A DNA stretch of 63,928 nt, counting the filler, from Blastocystis sp. subtype 4 (taxonomy: Eukaryota): NCBI RefSeq assembly GCF_000743755.1. It is 3 parts of 3 records of this genome, joined end to end, with 100 filler letters (N's around TTAATTAATTAA, not from the genome) between each part and the next. Parts side by side here need not be neighbours in the genome. Positions count along the whole stretch, not along the records: positions 1 to 21,232 come from NW_014569358.1; 2 more parts are not named here. One strand, given 5' to 3'. The translations under genes were made by a program, and so were the position numbers. Positions 1-12,407 of this stretch are shown here, piece after piece; the first letter of the stretch is position 1; each line of letters starts with the position of its first letter. The notes under the pieces are model-generated. The model searched no databases. It saw only the letters and a program-made list of their open reading frames with translations, and was not told the DNA's origin.

Positions 1-198
1 TCCTTTCCGTCCACCTACAAGATTACACAAAGAATCAAAACAAACTCTATCATCACCGTCATAATCAATCATATCGAACAATTTGTTGAAGAAAACAACC
101 TCCTTGCCCGATACATGCACTGTCTTCTTCTTCATAGGAATGTCGACACCTCCTTGGTCGATATTCAACTTGCTGAGAATATTTGAGAATTGACTCAT
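1..198 (-). CDS. N-terminal part of an EH/EF-hand domain protein (runs off window start)
   Basis: Minus-strand translation MSQFSNILSKL...FFNKLFDMIDYDGDDR|VDGK across a ~31-nt GT-AG intron; DxDxD loop in an EH-like context. Start codon uncertain. Confidence 0.45.
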   Translation of the reverse strand, partial: MSQFSNILSKLNIDQGGVDIPMKKKTVHVSGKEVVFFNKLFDMIDYDGDDRVCFDSLCNLVGGRKG

Positions 199-653
199 TC
201 GATCTTTTCTACAGATTAAGGACTTTCCTAAACACACACTGTTGAAGAAAAACATGTCATTTCGAGTGGATACCACGGCGGAATCTGAATGATTGGATGA
301 GTGTCGTGACTGGTCTTTATTCTAGTATTAATTCCCAAAATAGAATGTAGTGTGGAAGAGAGCATACACTTTGGATCTGGGTCAGTTAGATGTAAGTAAG
401 TGTAAAACGAACATCAACCGAATTTGGAGGAAATGATGAATGATTATGCATTTGGGATTGAAGAGTCGATTCCACTTTAATTTTTGTGTAACGATAGGGT
501 TTCAGCACAATTAGTGAGAATACTTCAACAAGAACACAGAAACACAAATGGAAACATAGAAAGAGGTCAATATGAATTGGAAGACTGATTAGGTGATACT
601 ATTACCGAAGAATAAAAGGCAATGTACACCAAAGAATTCTTTGATCATCCAAG

Positions 654-2168
654 ATGTCTGTATCTGAGTTTTTCATTTTAACTCTTCACGGCGACCGACT
701 CATCTACTGTGACCGTATCCTTGTTGTATGTGATTGAGTAATAGTGCGAAGTGAGATGCCAAAAGGTACACCAGAGATCTTCTATCGTACGATGCAATTC
801 TGGGAGGATGTGAATCCGCCTCCAGTTTTCGTAGAAAGGTAGTTTTTACTGTTGAGGAATAGGACTGTGATGGAATTCATTTTCTTCATATTAAACGAAA
901 CCGTCTATACTTTGTGTTTTCAACGAAGGTAGTAGTGATTGATATTTGACATTTCCAGAACAATGTGTCTGCAACGTTCTTTTTAGAATTACTTTCAAAG
1001 ATTGCTGCAGTTCTATCTGTAGGGTAATAGAGACAAAGAATTGAGCCAATAGGAGTACATTGGATCCTTGACTGAAGGTGGAATTCGCAAGAATGCCACG
1101 TTGGTTTACGAATTGATGCATGAGATTATGGTTGGAATGAGGAATGGAACTAAAGGATAGGACAGTGGATATGTTGAGAGTACGTCAGCTGAGTTCCTCC
1201 ATGACTATATCTACACAAAAGCTGAGAACAATCAGATGCAGTTTGTTGTAGGAGCAACGGGTGTCTATGAGGGATAGAATAAGCTGCAAATGATGGCAGG
1301 TCAGGAGATGGATATGAAATCGATGGTGGGTGCGATAACCAATAAGAGTGATTTGTATATTACAGTGAAGGAAAATATCCAGTGTGTGTTGAATGCGAAT
1401 GTAGGATCAGAGAGTGTCTATTATGGTTAGTCTGATCTAATGAACAGTTCAATTGAGGGAAGTCTAGTTGCTCGTAATCAGCTGGATGGCCGTCCTCGTT
1501 TTCATATCCATCTCAACAAGAGTGTTACGAGAGACCGTACTGGAGATATGGATCAGTCCACGATGTATGTTGATGATATGAACTATCATCCGTCGGTGGA
1601 TGTGGAGGCGTTCGAGAAAGAGCATGTGCTTCATCTCACAGGTCCTGAGGGTACTTTTACAGTGATGAATTACCGATCTACACGTCCATTTGTGCCTCCC
1701 ATTCTGGTGAAGCCCATTGTGGAGCAGCCATCAGAATATCGTCTGGAGGTGATTCTAAAGATTACCACCAACTTCGATCCCTCGCTACGTTGTAGTGATT
1801 TGTATGTCTCCTTCCACACACCCCGTATCACATCATCTTGTCGTTGTGAGTTGCCCGAGGATGCGAAGAAACAGACGGCTGAGTACAGTGATACGAAACG
1901 TCTTGTGATGTGGCACATTGCCGATGTGCCTGGGCAACAGGATCAGTTCCTTCATGTGATCATCACATTAACAGAACAGTGTGGACCTTTCACCATCAAG
2001 TCTATGGGGCCTATTGCTCTGAATTTCACAATTCCGAATATGTCGTTAAGCGGAATGGGTGTGAGTGCTGTGGAAGTCGATCGTCTTACAAGTGATCCTA
2101 GTGTGCCAGACGCCAATAAATGGATTAACTATACGGTGCAATCTTCATCGTACATCTGTCGGTTTTAA
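654..2168 (+). CDS. AP4M1: Adaptor protein complex AP-4 subunit mu (multi-exon)
   Basis: Start MSVSEFFILTLHGDRLIYCD|LRSE matches the AP-4 mu N-terminus. The last exon is a mu homology domain (HPSV, GTFTVMNYR, GPIALNFTIP, KWINYTVQSSSYICRF). TGTTTGTT at 2185. Confidence 0.85.
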
Positions 2169-2331
2169 ATGAAGCTTTTTGGCATGTTTGTTCGAAGTGC
2201 TTAAGTACATACCAAGTTCTCCCACTTTCATCTGATTCCCGTAATTCTCGTGTAAACCTTATACCATCAATCTAGACTATTCTGTCCTGCAGTAGAAAGT
2301 CCATGGAGTAATCTAAAACGTAGACTGAGCG

Positions 2332-3537
2332 ATGTCTGATCACGAAAACGAGAGTTATTCGGAGGAGGAAGAGATTACCGATCTTTCTAACCCTGCCGTT
2401 GTGTTGAAATACAAGACAGCTGCTGATATCGTGAATAAGGCACTTCAGGGAGTTCTTGCTCATTGTATTGCTGGAAAGCTGGTTTCGGATATCTGCACAT
2501 TTGGAGATCTTCTTATTGAGAAGCAGTGTGCCGAAATTTTTAAGAACAAGGATATTGAGAAGGGAATCGCCTTCCCCACCTGCCTTTCGGTGAACGACAT
2601 GGTGTGCAATTATTCTCCTTTTGCCAACGAGTCGAAGAAATTGGAGGCCGGTGATATTGTGAAGGTGGATCTTGGTTGTCACATTGACGGTTACATTGCT
2701 GTGGCTGCCAACACTATCGTTGTTCCTTCTGATTCAATGGATGAGGTCAAGAAAGCAGAGATTGTTGGTTAGGAATGAAAGAGTTACATATAGAATGACT
2801 TGATGGCTGCTGCCTACCTCATGGGCGAAGTTTGTCAGCGTATGATTAAGCCTGGCAATAAGAATACCCAAGTGACGGAGGCCTTGAGTAAGATCTGCAA
2901 GGCCTATGATGTAAACATGTTGCAGGGTATTCTGATGCATCAAATGAAACGTTTTGTGATTGATGGTAACAAGGTGATCCTCACTTGCAACCATGAGACC
3001 GATCGTGTGGATGAATGTACCTTTGAGCCAAACGAGGTGTATCAGGTGGATATTGCTTTGACTAAAGGAGACGGTAAGACACGTGCTGTAGGTACACGTA
3101 CTACTGTGTTCCGTCGCAATGTGGAGGAGACTTATCTGTTGAAGATGAAAGCTGCTCGTTCGGTGATTTCGGAGATCGATGCTCGTTTCCCGGTGTTCCC
3201 CTTCTCAAGCAGGTATGTTCTGAGGAAGGATGTGAGGAATAGAGCTTTGGAGGACAAGACTGCTCGTATGGGTATTATGGAGTGTGTGAATCACAACCTG
3301 CTGGAGGAGTATCCTGTGATCTATACCCGTGATGGCTCTGTAGCGGTTCACTACAAGTTTACGGTGTTGCTGGTACCCAATGGAACAGATCGCATTACTG
3401 GTAATATGATTGATATGGCAGCTTATCCTTCGGAGAAGAAGTGTGAGGACGAGGAGATTCTCAATGTGATGAAGTATGCTGCAATTCGTAAGAGTCGAAA
3501 GAGCAAGAAGAATGCAAAGAAAGCTGCGCAGGCTTAA
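2332..3537 (+). CDS. PA2G4: Proliferation-associated protein 2G4/Ebp1 (M24 peptidase fold)
   Basis: KYKTAADIVN, KGIAFPTCLSVN, VKVDLGCHIDGYIA, HQMKRFVIDG motifs. 30-nt introns at 2764-2793 and 3213-3242. TGTTTGTT at 3551. Confidence 0.92.
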
Positions 3538-3582
3538 GATGTCCTTCAAGTGTTTGTTTACAAGAGTTCTTACATATTTCTG

Positions 3583-3590
3583 AACAAACA
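3583..3590 (-). promoter_or_regulatory. GU-rich polyadenylation element TGTTTGTT (representative of ~20 gene ends in the window)
   Basis: Exact or 1-mismatch copies at 2185, 3551, 8986, 11406(-), 13314, 17340, 20062, 22531(-), 23429(-), 27595, 35771, 37036, 37064(-), 41842(-), 47577, 51015, 52913, 56269, 63344, always at gene 3' ends in sense orientation. Confidence 0.9.
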
Positions 3591-3594
3591 GAGA

Positions 3595-6500
3595 ACAACA
3601 AATCTAAATGAGGTCGTAGTCTTTGGATTGCAACAAGGTCTCCTACGACATACGCAGACCCTTTATTCACATATAGAGTAGCACCCCTACAACTCATCCT
3701 TCCATCTAATTAGTACATATTACTTAGTTGTTCTATTGAGGATCGGATCCTTTCATAGTCTGGTTTCTCTTTGATGTCCAACTTGATACAGTTTACAAAG
3801 AGATTCATTTCTGTTGCAGTAACTCGACTCTTGTACTTCTTCCATCTCTCTCGATTCGGTGCAGCATAGTTCTTGAAGACGAGATAATAGGCATCAACAC
3901 AGCAAATGACATGAGTCACATCGTCAGGACTATTTAATGAAAGGAGTTTCTGGATGAAAGCAAGGAGCAATCTCCTTCGGCACCGACTGACATAACAGAT
4001 GAAGGATGGATCTTCGGAGTCTAACTGACGGGGGACAAACCCTTGCTTCCATACTTGCTGTAGTAAACTTCCCGTCACCGTCAGCGTAGGAATGATCACA
4101 TCCTCACAACTCTCCAGAATCTCCTTTGGTGTCATCTGTTGCTTTTCTGCAGATTCCGAAATTAGACCTCTCGATACTCCTATTTCCTGATATCTCCCTC
4201 TATCACCTACGTCTCGCCTCAATGGTCATAGCAATCAAATCATCTCCAGAACCCACAAAACAGACACTATCTTCATTCACACGATGAACTGCAACATTTC
4301 TATTCATTCAATACTCCCATCATGATTACCCATGACTGTTCTCTGTCACATACAACAGATAATTAATGAAGTGTTCATCATCTAGTGACAACGAAATACG
4401 TTGTGTCTTCATTACACCTGCCATATGCTGTTCCATTACCTTACGAATAACATGATCCATGTCGAGATCGGGAAAGCGCTGAGCAACAACAGCAAAGAAA
4501 CCATGGTTATTGAGATAATAGCTCGTTACTTGAACGTTGCATTTCTGAAGTTCGTTGAGGAGATCCTCATAGTGGAAGGCAAGGATGAATTCAACCATTT
4601 CATGATTGTGACCGATACTGATTCGAATTCCATTGTTGTTGTTAAGGACGTCTGCATAGAGAGGACAGGGGATCGAATGAACAGTAAGACTTCCGTTAGG
4701 TTTGTATTGGGCTTCAAGAGGGTTGAAGAGGGGACGCGTCAAATCCATCTCATCCGTTCCAACAGAGATACTAGAAAGATGAGGATAAGAACCATTGGAA
4801 GATCGTGAAGAGAAGGAGAAGACTGCGGAACTGGCATCAGAAGCGATACCATTTGCGGAGGGACGAGAGAGTCGTAATTCTGGGTACTGGGAAGGTTCAA
4901 TGTTCAGTGTAGACAGACTCCCATTCGGGTCAACGGAATTCCTCATGTCGGAGACTGCTCCCAGGTCACGATTGCTGATCTCTGAGTCTTCGAAAGTAGT
5001 TTGTTTGCGACCTCGCTGTCCAAAGGCGGTGTTTTGGCGAGATGGAGCATTTTGCAATCCTCTAAAGACCTTTGTAGACGAATTCTGTCCTTCCATACCT
5101 GAAAGTGTGGAATTATAGGTCTTTTGTACCTGACGATACGAAAGAGAAGAGTCTGGTCTATCCATTCCAGTCCTTGGTTCTAATGCTGCTCCTTGAGACA
5201 CAGGCATAGCAGATTCTGATTCTGGAGGATAACGAGAAAAAAGAGAACCCTGAGTTACATCCATCATACGTTCCGATCCTGACCCTAGATACGAATTAGG
5301 ATAGAAAGAATCCAATCCTTGGGCTATGGGCATGGATTCACGTCCATCTGCCATAGACATGGATTCTTGAGATCCGCGATTCCTTCGAAGGTTAATACCA
5401 AATCTGCTTGATCCTGACACTTTACCTCCTTGAGAATAAGCAGGTTGGGTATAGAATTCCGAATTTGCTCCCTTGGGACAGAGAGAATGTGAAGAAAACG
5501 ACATCGAGTCAGGTCCCTCAGCAAATATCGAAGATTCATCGGTATCCTGTAAGGAAAGTTGAGAAGTAGGCCTTCTCGCAAACAAGGATGAAGAATAGGC
5601 TTCCGGTTCATCACGAACTAAACTAGTAATGAGTCCTCGCTGAGACTGATTAGAAGATTCAATTGGATTTGTAGACGGCTGTTCGAATCCCAAGGCTGAT
5701 GAAGAGTTCAAAGTATCATATTTACCAGTAGTATTCCAGGTATATGGTACCCTGTCAACGTTATGAGTCCACTGATCCATGTCATCAGGTGCAAACAGAC
5801 TACTCCGAGGTTGGGAGGGATGAGATAATAGACTTGAGGAGAAGGAATCCCATCGATTCTCTGGGAATAGCGTTCCAGAATAAGGTGAACCATTCGAATT
5901 ATCCATCCCTAATCCATTTGTCGGTGGAGGGGAGAAATGATTCATACCTATAACTTCCAAAACATGATCACATATCCCTGCACTCCCAAAATACCACATG
6001 GTGTCTGTCTGATAGGAACAAACGGCGATAGCAGTTCTATACTGTCAATCGTCAGTATACTCACTTACCCTTTCGATTCCCTCTTAACAATAGTTTTGAT
6101 AATCTCTTCATTTTCTCTAGATACATTGGGTATCATTTCCATTCGCACGGTAGGCAACTTGTCTCTTATGAACTGTTTCATAATCAAATCCAACTTGTCA
6201 TGTTCGTCCGATTCCAACAGATATGGAAATACAATTTCGATGCAAAAACCATTTGAAGTTATGTTCAAGCATTCATAACCCATCCTCCTCAAAAAAGATT
6301 CCAGTTCGCGTCTTAATGAACTTGAGATGTACTCAGATGCGCCGAGAATGTCAGTCTGAAATACGTACTTCTGGACAGAGGCAGGTGACTGTACAACATC
6401 ATAATCAGAGAGCATTCTTTTCTGGATGTCTTCTTTAATCCTTTCAGTATGATGAAAGTACCTATAAGATGAAATCGGTACAGAATTGGAACTGTTTTTG

Positions 6501-6601
6501 GGCTTTTTTCTTTTTCTCCAATAGGATTTACTGAACTTTCTTTCTGGGATTGTTTGATTCTCATTACAAAAAGGATACTTCACTGTTCTATCGTATCCCA
6601 T
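3595..6601 (-). CDS. Hypothetical multi-exon protein with long Ser-rich low-complexity centre; stop apparently completed by polyadenylation
   Basis: ORFs 6065-6601, 4326-5999, 3710-4222 and 3461-3697 can be joined by short GT-AG introns. The final exon is open through the GU-rich element (plus-strand AACAAACA 3583-3590). Confidence 0.6.
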
Positions 6602-6842
6602 TTAGATGCCTACCCAATTGTGCACCTTTTTCTGAGTATAGAATGGGTACAAGGAGTTTAGAATATAGGCATTCTATTGCTATTCATATTCTAGCACTTA
6701 AGTGTGTTTGTAGAGAACTTGCTTAGACTCTAATAGTCTCCTTAAGAGATTCAATCATTCGATCATGATGATGATATGCTCTTTGGATTGAAGATTAATC
6801 ATTAATGTGTTCCTAATAGGTATATTGATTCAGAGTTCATGT

Positions 6843-7172
6843 TTAACGAATGTTTGAATCCATTTTTATTATTATGGTGTCTTCAACTGTTGATATTTGA
6901 AAGCAAGCTCGTAGACGAGTTTGCTGGATTTGTATGCTAATCTCCTTGGCCATCATTTCGAATTGACCATTGAAGTCTAGGATAATCTCTTTCTCTAAGA
7001 CAGGTTGCCATTCCGTTTCTTGTATGTAGGAGTTCCATTCGTCTATTCCTTCGGTATTCGTCTTATGCAGCATGAAAGTGCACCATTCCATATAACGTTG
7101 TTTGATATATACGACAAAAAAGGAGTGTACTCCAAAAATCTTCCATATTTTTGCATTCCATAAACCATCCAT
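6843..7172 (-). CDS. Hypothetical protein divergent from LysRS (3' end unresolved)
   Basis: ORF MDGLWNAKIWKIF... from ATG at 7172 with globular-looking composition; no family recognised with confidence. Confidence 0.35.
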   Translation of the reverse strand: MDGLWNAKIWKIFGVHSFFVVYIKQRYMEWCTFMLHKTNTEGIDEWNSYIQETEWQPVLEKEIILDFNGQFEMMAKEISIQIQQTRLRACFQISTVEDTIIIKMDSNIR

Positions 7173-7187
7173 GTAGAAAAGTCCTAA

Positions 7188-8977
7188 ATGGAACCTGAAG
7201 CTGTTCAGAACCCTTCTGGAGAAGGTAAGTTTCTTCTTGTGGTTGTTATTATAATATAGAGAAGTTGAGTAAGAATGAACTGAAACGACGTGAGAAGATG
7301 AAGAGAAAGGAGGCTGAAAAGGCAGCCAAGGAGGCCGCCAAGGCCGAAAAGGCTGCTGCAAATCCAAAGCCTGAGGCTGCTAAGAAGGAGGATGAGGAGG
7401 ATGTGGACCCAACCAAATACTTTGAAAACCGTTTGGCTGCAGTAAAGAAGGCTGAAGAATCGGGAAACACGCTCTATCCTCACAAGTTTGCCGTTCAATA
7501 CTCTCTTCCTGAGTTTATTGAAAAGTATTCATATGCTAAGGATGGAGAGCATCTCGAAAGTGAGGTTTGCACAATTGCTGGTCGCGTCATTCTGAAACGT
7601 GCTTCTGGAAAGAAGCTGTTCTTCTACACTCTTCAGGGAGATGGAAAGCAGATCCAGGTGATGGCAAGTGAGGCTTTCTATACCGCTGGACCCGAAGCTT
7701 TCCAGATGATTACCGGATCCATCAGACGTGGAGACATCATCGGAATCAAGGGATTCCCAGGCCGTTCGAAGCGTGGAGAGTTCTCCATTTTCCCTCAAGA
7801 GATGAAGATTCTGTCTCCTTGTCTTCATATGCTTCCCAAGCCTTTCATTGGCCTGACGAATCCTGAGACTCGCTATCGTAAGCGTTATCTGGATCTTATT
7901 ATGAATCCTCAAGTGCGTGATAAGTTCATCGTGCGAACCCGCATCATTCAGTAGGAGTGAGAAGTATTCTTAAAGTATAGAGGCATTCGTAAGTATCTGG
8001 ACAACTTGGGCTTCTTGGAAGTAGAGACACCCATGATGAACATGCAGGCTGGAGGAGCCACTGCTAAACCTTTCATCACTCATCACAATGATTTGAACTT
8101 GGATCTCTTTATGCGTATTGCTCCCGAGTTGTATCTGAAGCAACTGGTCATTGGTGGATTGGATCGTGTATATGAGATTGGTCGTCAGTTCCGTAACGAG
8201 TCCATTGATCTGACACACAACCCTGAGTTCACTACATGTGAGTTCTACATGGCCTATGCTGATGTGTATGATATTATGACCTTGACTGAGGAGATGATAT
8301 CGGGTATCGTGAAGGATGTCACTGGAGGATACAAAATCACATACCATCCTCAAGGTCCCGATACCGAAGGAGTGGAGATCGATTTCACTCCTCCATGGAA
8401 GCGTTACAGTATGATTGAGGAGCTGGAGAATCAGGGTGGCTTTAAGCTTCCCATGCCTCTGGAATCGCAGGAGTGTTATGATTTCCTGAAGGCGAAGTGC
8501 CAGCAGTTGGGAATCGAGTGCACTCCTCCTCTGACAACTCCTCGTCTGCTGGACAAGCTGGTGGAGCATTTTGTGGAGCCCCTGTGTTTGAATCCATCCT
8601 TCATTTGCGACCATCCCGCTATCTGTTCGCCTCTGGCTAAGTACCATCGTAGCAAGCCGGGTCTGTGCGAGCGTTTCGAACTGTTTGTGAACTACACTGA
8701 GTTGGCCAATGCCTATACTGAACTGAACAATCCTATCGTCCAGCGTGAGCGTTTCATGCAGCAGGCCAAGGATAAGTCGAAGGGAGATGAGGAAGCTCAG
8801 TGTTTGGATGAGGACTTCTGTGTGGCTTTGGAGCATGGTTTGCCTCCTACTGGAGGTTGGGGATTGGGTGTGGATCGTTTGGCTATGTTCTTGACAGACA
8901 GCAATAACATCAAGGAGGTGCTATTGTTCCCTGCAATGAAACCAATCGATGAAAATAAGGCTGGTGACGAGGAATAA
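7188..8977 (+). CDS. KARS: Lysyl-tRNA synthetase, class II
   Basis: [20 protein letters not shown]-fold, [46 protein letters not shown]. Introns 7225-7259 and 7951-7980. TGTTTGTT at 8986. Confidence 0.97.
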
Positions 8978-9075
8978 GGGTGCATTGTTTGTTGAACAAC
9001 ATGTTCAGTTATTGTCATTCATCACAATTGATACGAAGGAATCGACACATTTCTATTCCCTTGTCTCTTCATATC

Positions 9076-11407
9076 ATGCGTACAGGTCTGAAGAACTTAG
9101 GAAACACCTGTTTTATGAATGCCGCTCTTCAAGTCGGTTTTTTTAATTTAGAACTAACTCTAGTGTCTCCTGCACTGTCCCGAGCTGGTTCAACAATTTG
9201 GATCCCTTCCTTCTACACTTTCTTCTACAAGTGAGAGATAACTGGAATAGTAAATCATAGAGAATGAGTTTACGACACTCTTCCGCCAACTAATTTCAGA
9301 TACTATGTCAGGGAGGAATGCTGTTGTCTCTCCTCATTCTATCAAAAAGGCTCTTTCAAGTCATCACTTGTATATTGCAGATGGTTCGCAGCATGATGCC
9401 CATGAGTTTTTCGTAAATCCTGCTGACTTCTCTGACTTTGTAGATGATTTTTATCCAACTCCTGGAAGAGGAGCAAAACAAATTGCTGGATGCAGATGGA
9501 AATTGCTTGTCAAAGGGCATTCTTGACGATCATTCTCTTGATCAGGCAATGAAGGAATGGTGGGATCAGTATATCAATCACAATCCGTCTATCCTTACAA
9601 ATATCTTCTATGGGTCGATGTTGACCACCATTCGTTGTAACAATTGTCATCATGTAAGATAAGTAATTCCTTGTTTATTCAGTAGGAATCGCGAACAATT
9701 TCTTCTTTTAACTCTCTTTTCGTCTCAATCCCTCAAGAACGTTTCCAATTTTCTCTAAATGTAGTTATTGAATATTCTGGGGAGCAAGGAATTTGCTCTT
9801 ATCAAGTGGACTTAGTTATCCATTCAGAATTAACGCTTTGCTCTATTTCCGACATGTTGGGCAAGTACCTCGATACAAATAATCCAAGTTCGTTTGTTTT
9901 CTTACTGGGCACTCGAAATGCAGTAACGCGTTCTCTTCAAGTTCTTTTAGGTTACATCTCTTATCTATAGTATTCCTGGTGTGATAAAGATACACCTATC
10001 TCCCTTTTACTCTCAACTACCACTCACTCTACTCTCATTGCCTATTATGTCCTTTCAAACGGGTTAGATGATACCTAGGTGCCTATGGCTCCAATGCAGC
10101 TGGATCTGAAGAACATCTTCTTTCTAAGTTCTGTTAAGATTCTGGCCACTGTATCATCTAAGATCTGTCTCATCAACGCCTGTCTCCCGCTCCTGGTCAT
10201 ACGGGATCCTGCTGAATCCAATGATGTGTTCCAGAAGCGCATCTACTGTCTACAGGCTCTCATTTATGATGACTCATCCACCAGTCTCTATCATGCCATG
10301 GGAAGTGTCGATAGTATTCCTGTCAATATGGACGCACTCCTCGACAATCTATTCTATCGGGCTGGGGAGGCTGTTGCTGAGAGTCAGCCTTTTATGGCTT
10401 GTTTCCAACGACAGATGAGCGAGAATGAAATTGCATGGGATGAACTGCTCCGCCGGACTCATAATAAGGGAGAATGGAGCAGGTTCAATACGATCTCCTT
10501 CATCTGCAAAGTATCGATCCCCGAGGGAGTGAATTTATCTGACGTATCGACAGTGAATCCCTCTCGCGATAATCTGTTATCGATTCTCCAATGTCGTCTC
10601 CAAATCTCCTTATCAATGATTCGTTCTCGTCGCATAATGGATGCCTCCAGACTACAATTGGAGGACTGCTTCTCTTTTACCTCTACTGTGGACAATCTGG
10701 ATATGTGTACTGCATGTGGAAAGAAAACGTCCTATTTGATGCAGCAGTGTTTCCCCAAATTGCCACCTATTTTGGTGATTGTATTGAAACGGTTTTCGTA
10801 TACTCCATCAACTGGTGTGCATCGGTTCTGTCATAGTAGTTCGAAGATTACAACAATGATTGAATTTCCTTTAGAGGGATTGGATTTGCATTCGGTTGTG
10901 TGTGGAGAGAGTAATTGTGTGTATGATTTATGTTGCGTTTGTAACCATTCTGGAACTGCTGAGTTTGGTCATTATTATGCGTATTGTCGAGAGGGTGATC
11001 GATGGTATGAGTATAATGATGAAATGGTCCATGAAATACCTAAAGAGGTCATTCGAAGTGCGAATGCCTATTTGTTGTTTTATCGGAGGCGAGAGAGTAG
11101 TGATACTAATGGAATTGGGAATAAGAATGATCAACAAGAAGGGAATTGTCCTATGAATATTGGGATGGATGTTTCGAAACCTACCAAACCAGAAAAAGTT
11201 TGTGAGAATCAACTGAGTCCCGAACTGATGGATGATTCTGAAGAGGAGTGTGTAGTAATGTCAACGAATGAGTTGAATACAACATCTACAATGAAAAACT
11301 TAGAAATGGATCAACAAGTTCAGCACAAACCTTGGCGACGATATTTTCTCTTCTTCATATCCTCTTGTATACTTCTCTTGCTTCTTCTAGTTGTACTGTA
11401 CTTTTAA
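9076..11407 (+). CDS. Ubiquitin-specific protease (USP/C19) with hydrophobic C-terminal tail
   Basis: Cys box TGLKNLGNTCFMNAALQ, QHDAHEF, LPPILVIVLKRF, His box NHSGTAEFGHYYAY, WYEYNDE, AYLLFYRR. Confidence 0.9.
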
Positions 11408-11421
11408 CAAACATGTTTCCT

Positions 11422-12274
11422 CTACAAAGCAGTTCCACGTTCCAAATTCGCACGAATATCCGTAGTATACCGATCAAAATACCGGTCAAGTTTGCGATTG
11501 TATACACGATTCCGTTCATTGATATAATCCACTTTATGCTGGAGATGACTAGATGTTATTCCTCCCATACAATCTTACTATGTACGACGTTTGCTAAACG
11601 ATTTATTCTTCTCGTCTATCATCTTTTGGTCTTCAACAACCCGATTAATTGCTTCCTCTGACAAACGCACATTCACACCCATTTCATCTGTCGGGTCACG
11701 ATTTTCATCAGAAGCAGCAACCGACTCTGGCGTCGTCGGGAGATTCTTTAGTCGCTTCTCATACCCACGATAGATGGCATCCTACTTGTTATGAACCTAC
11801 TACTTTTGTACCTCTCCAAAAACGTTCCATCCATAACTACGAATACGATTCTCCTCCTTTTGCTTTCGTTTTTCGTAGAGCTTCTCTGCCTTATCGGCAC
11901 TTTCTACCATATATCTACACTTAATCCCAGTATAATAAGACTACGAATTCTTTTCGGTGATTCCTTTTCGTTTCAACTCTCCTTGTTCTTTCCGTTTTGA
12001 AGCTGCCCATTCGGCTCTCTCTTCTCGGTCCACATATCTAAAAGAGTTAGAATAACCAGAAACGCCTACGAATCGCTCTTCAATCGTTTTGCTTCCATTT
12101 CTACTGCTTTATTATTATATCGTGAAACTAAAAGATGAAGAATATCAAAAGGCCATTACCTTTCGAAAACTTCTCTTTCAACTTCTTCAAGTCTTCAAGT
12201 CTCTTCTTCTTTGTCATATCCTCATTATCGACAACTTCTTTTGGAGTTGAAACCTTCGGTTCCTCCATACTCAT
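11422..12274 (-). CDS. SYF2: Pre-mRNA splicing factor SYF2 (multi-exon; absent from the ORF track)
   Basis: Last exon reads VDYINERNRVYNRKLDRYFDRYTTDIRANLERGTAL*, the conserved SYF2 C-terminus. Start MSMEEPKV at 12274. GU element at 11406-11413 (minus). Confidence 0.9.
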
Positions 12275-12407
12275 TAGATTTAAAAAACAACATAGTAGAA
12301 ACCAGAACTACGGAATTCCAGAAAAAATGTCTCTTTTGTGGAGACAAAATCATTAGTTCTTTGGGAAATCAGCTATATAGGTTGATAAGTCATACGAAGA
12401 AGAGTAG

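Noticed and set aside
7970..8836. 288-aa antisense ORF, and other antisense ORFs over PA2G4 and ACC
   Set aside because: Shadows of strongly conserved sense genes; no motifs or own poly(A) element seen.
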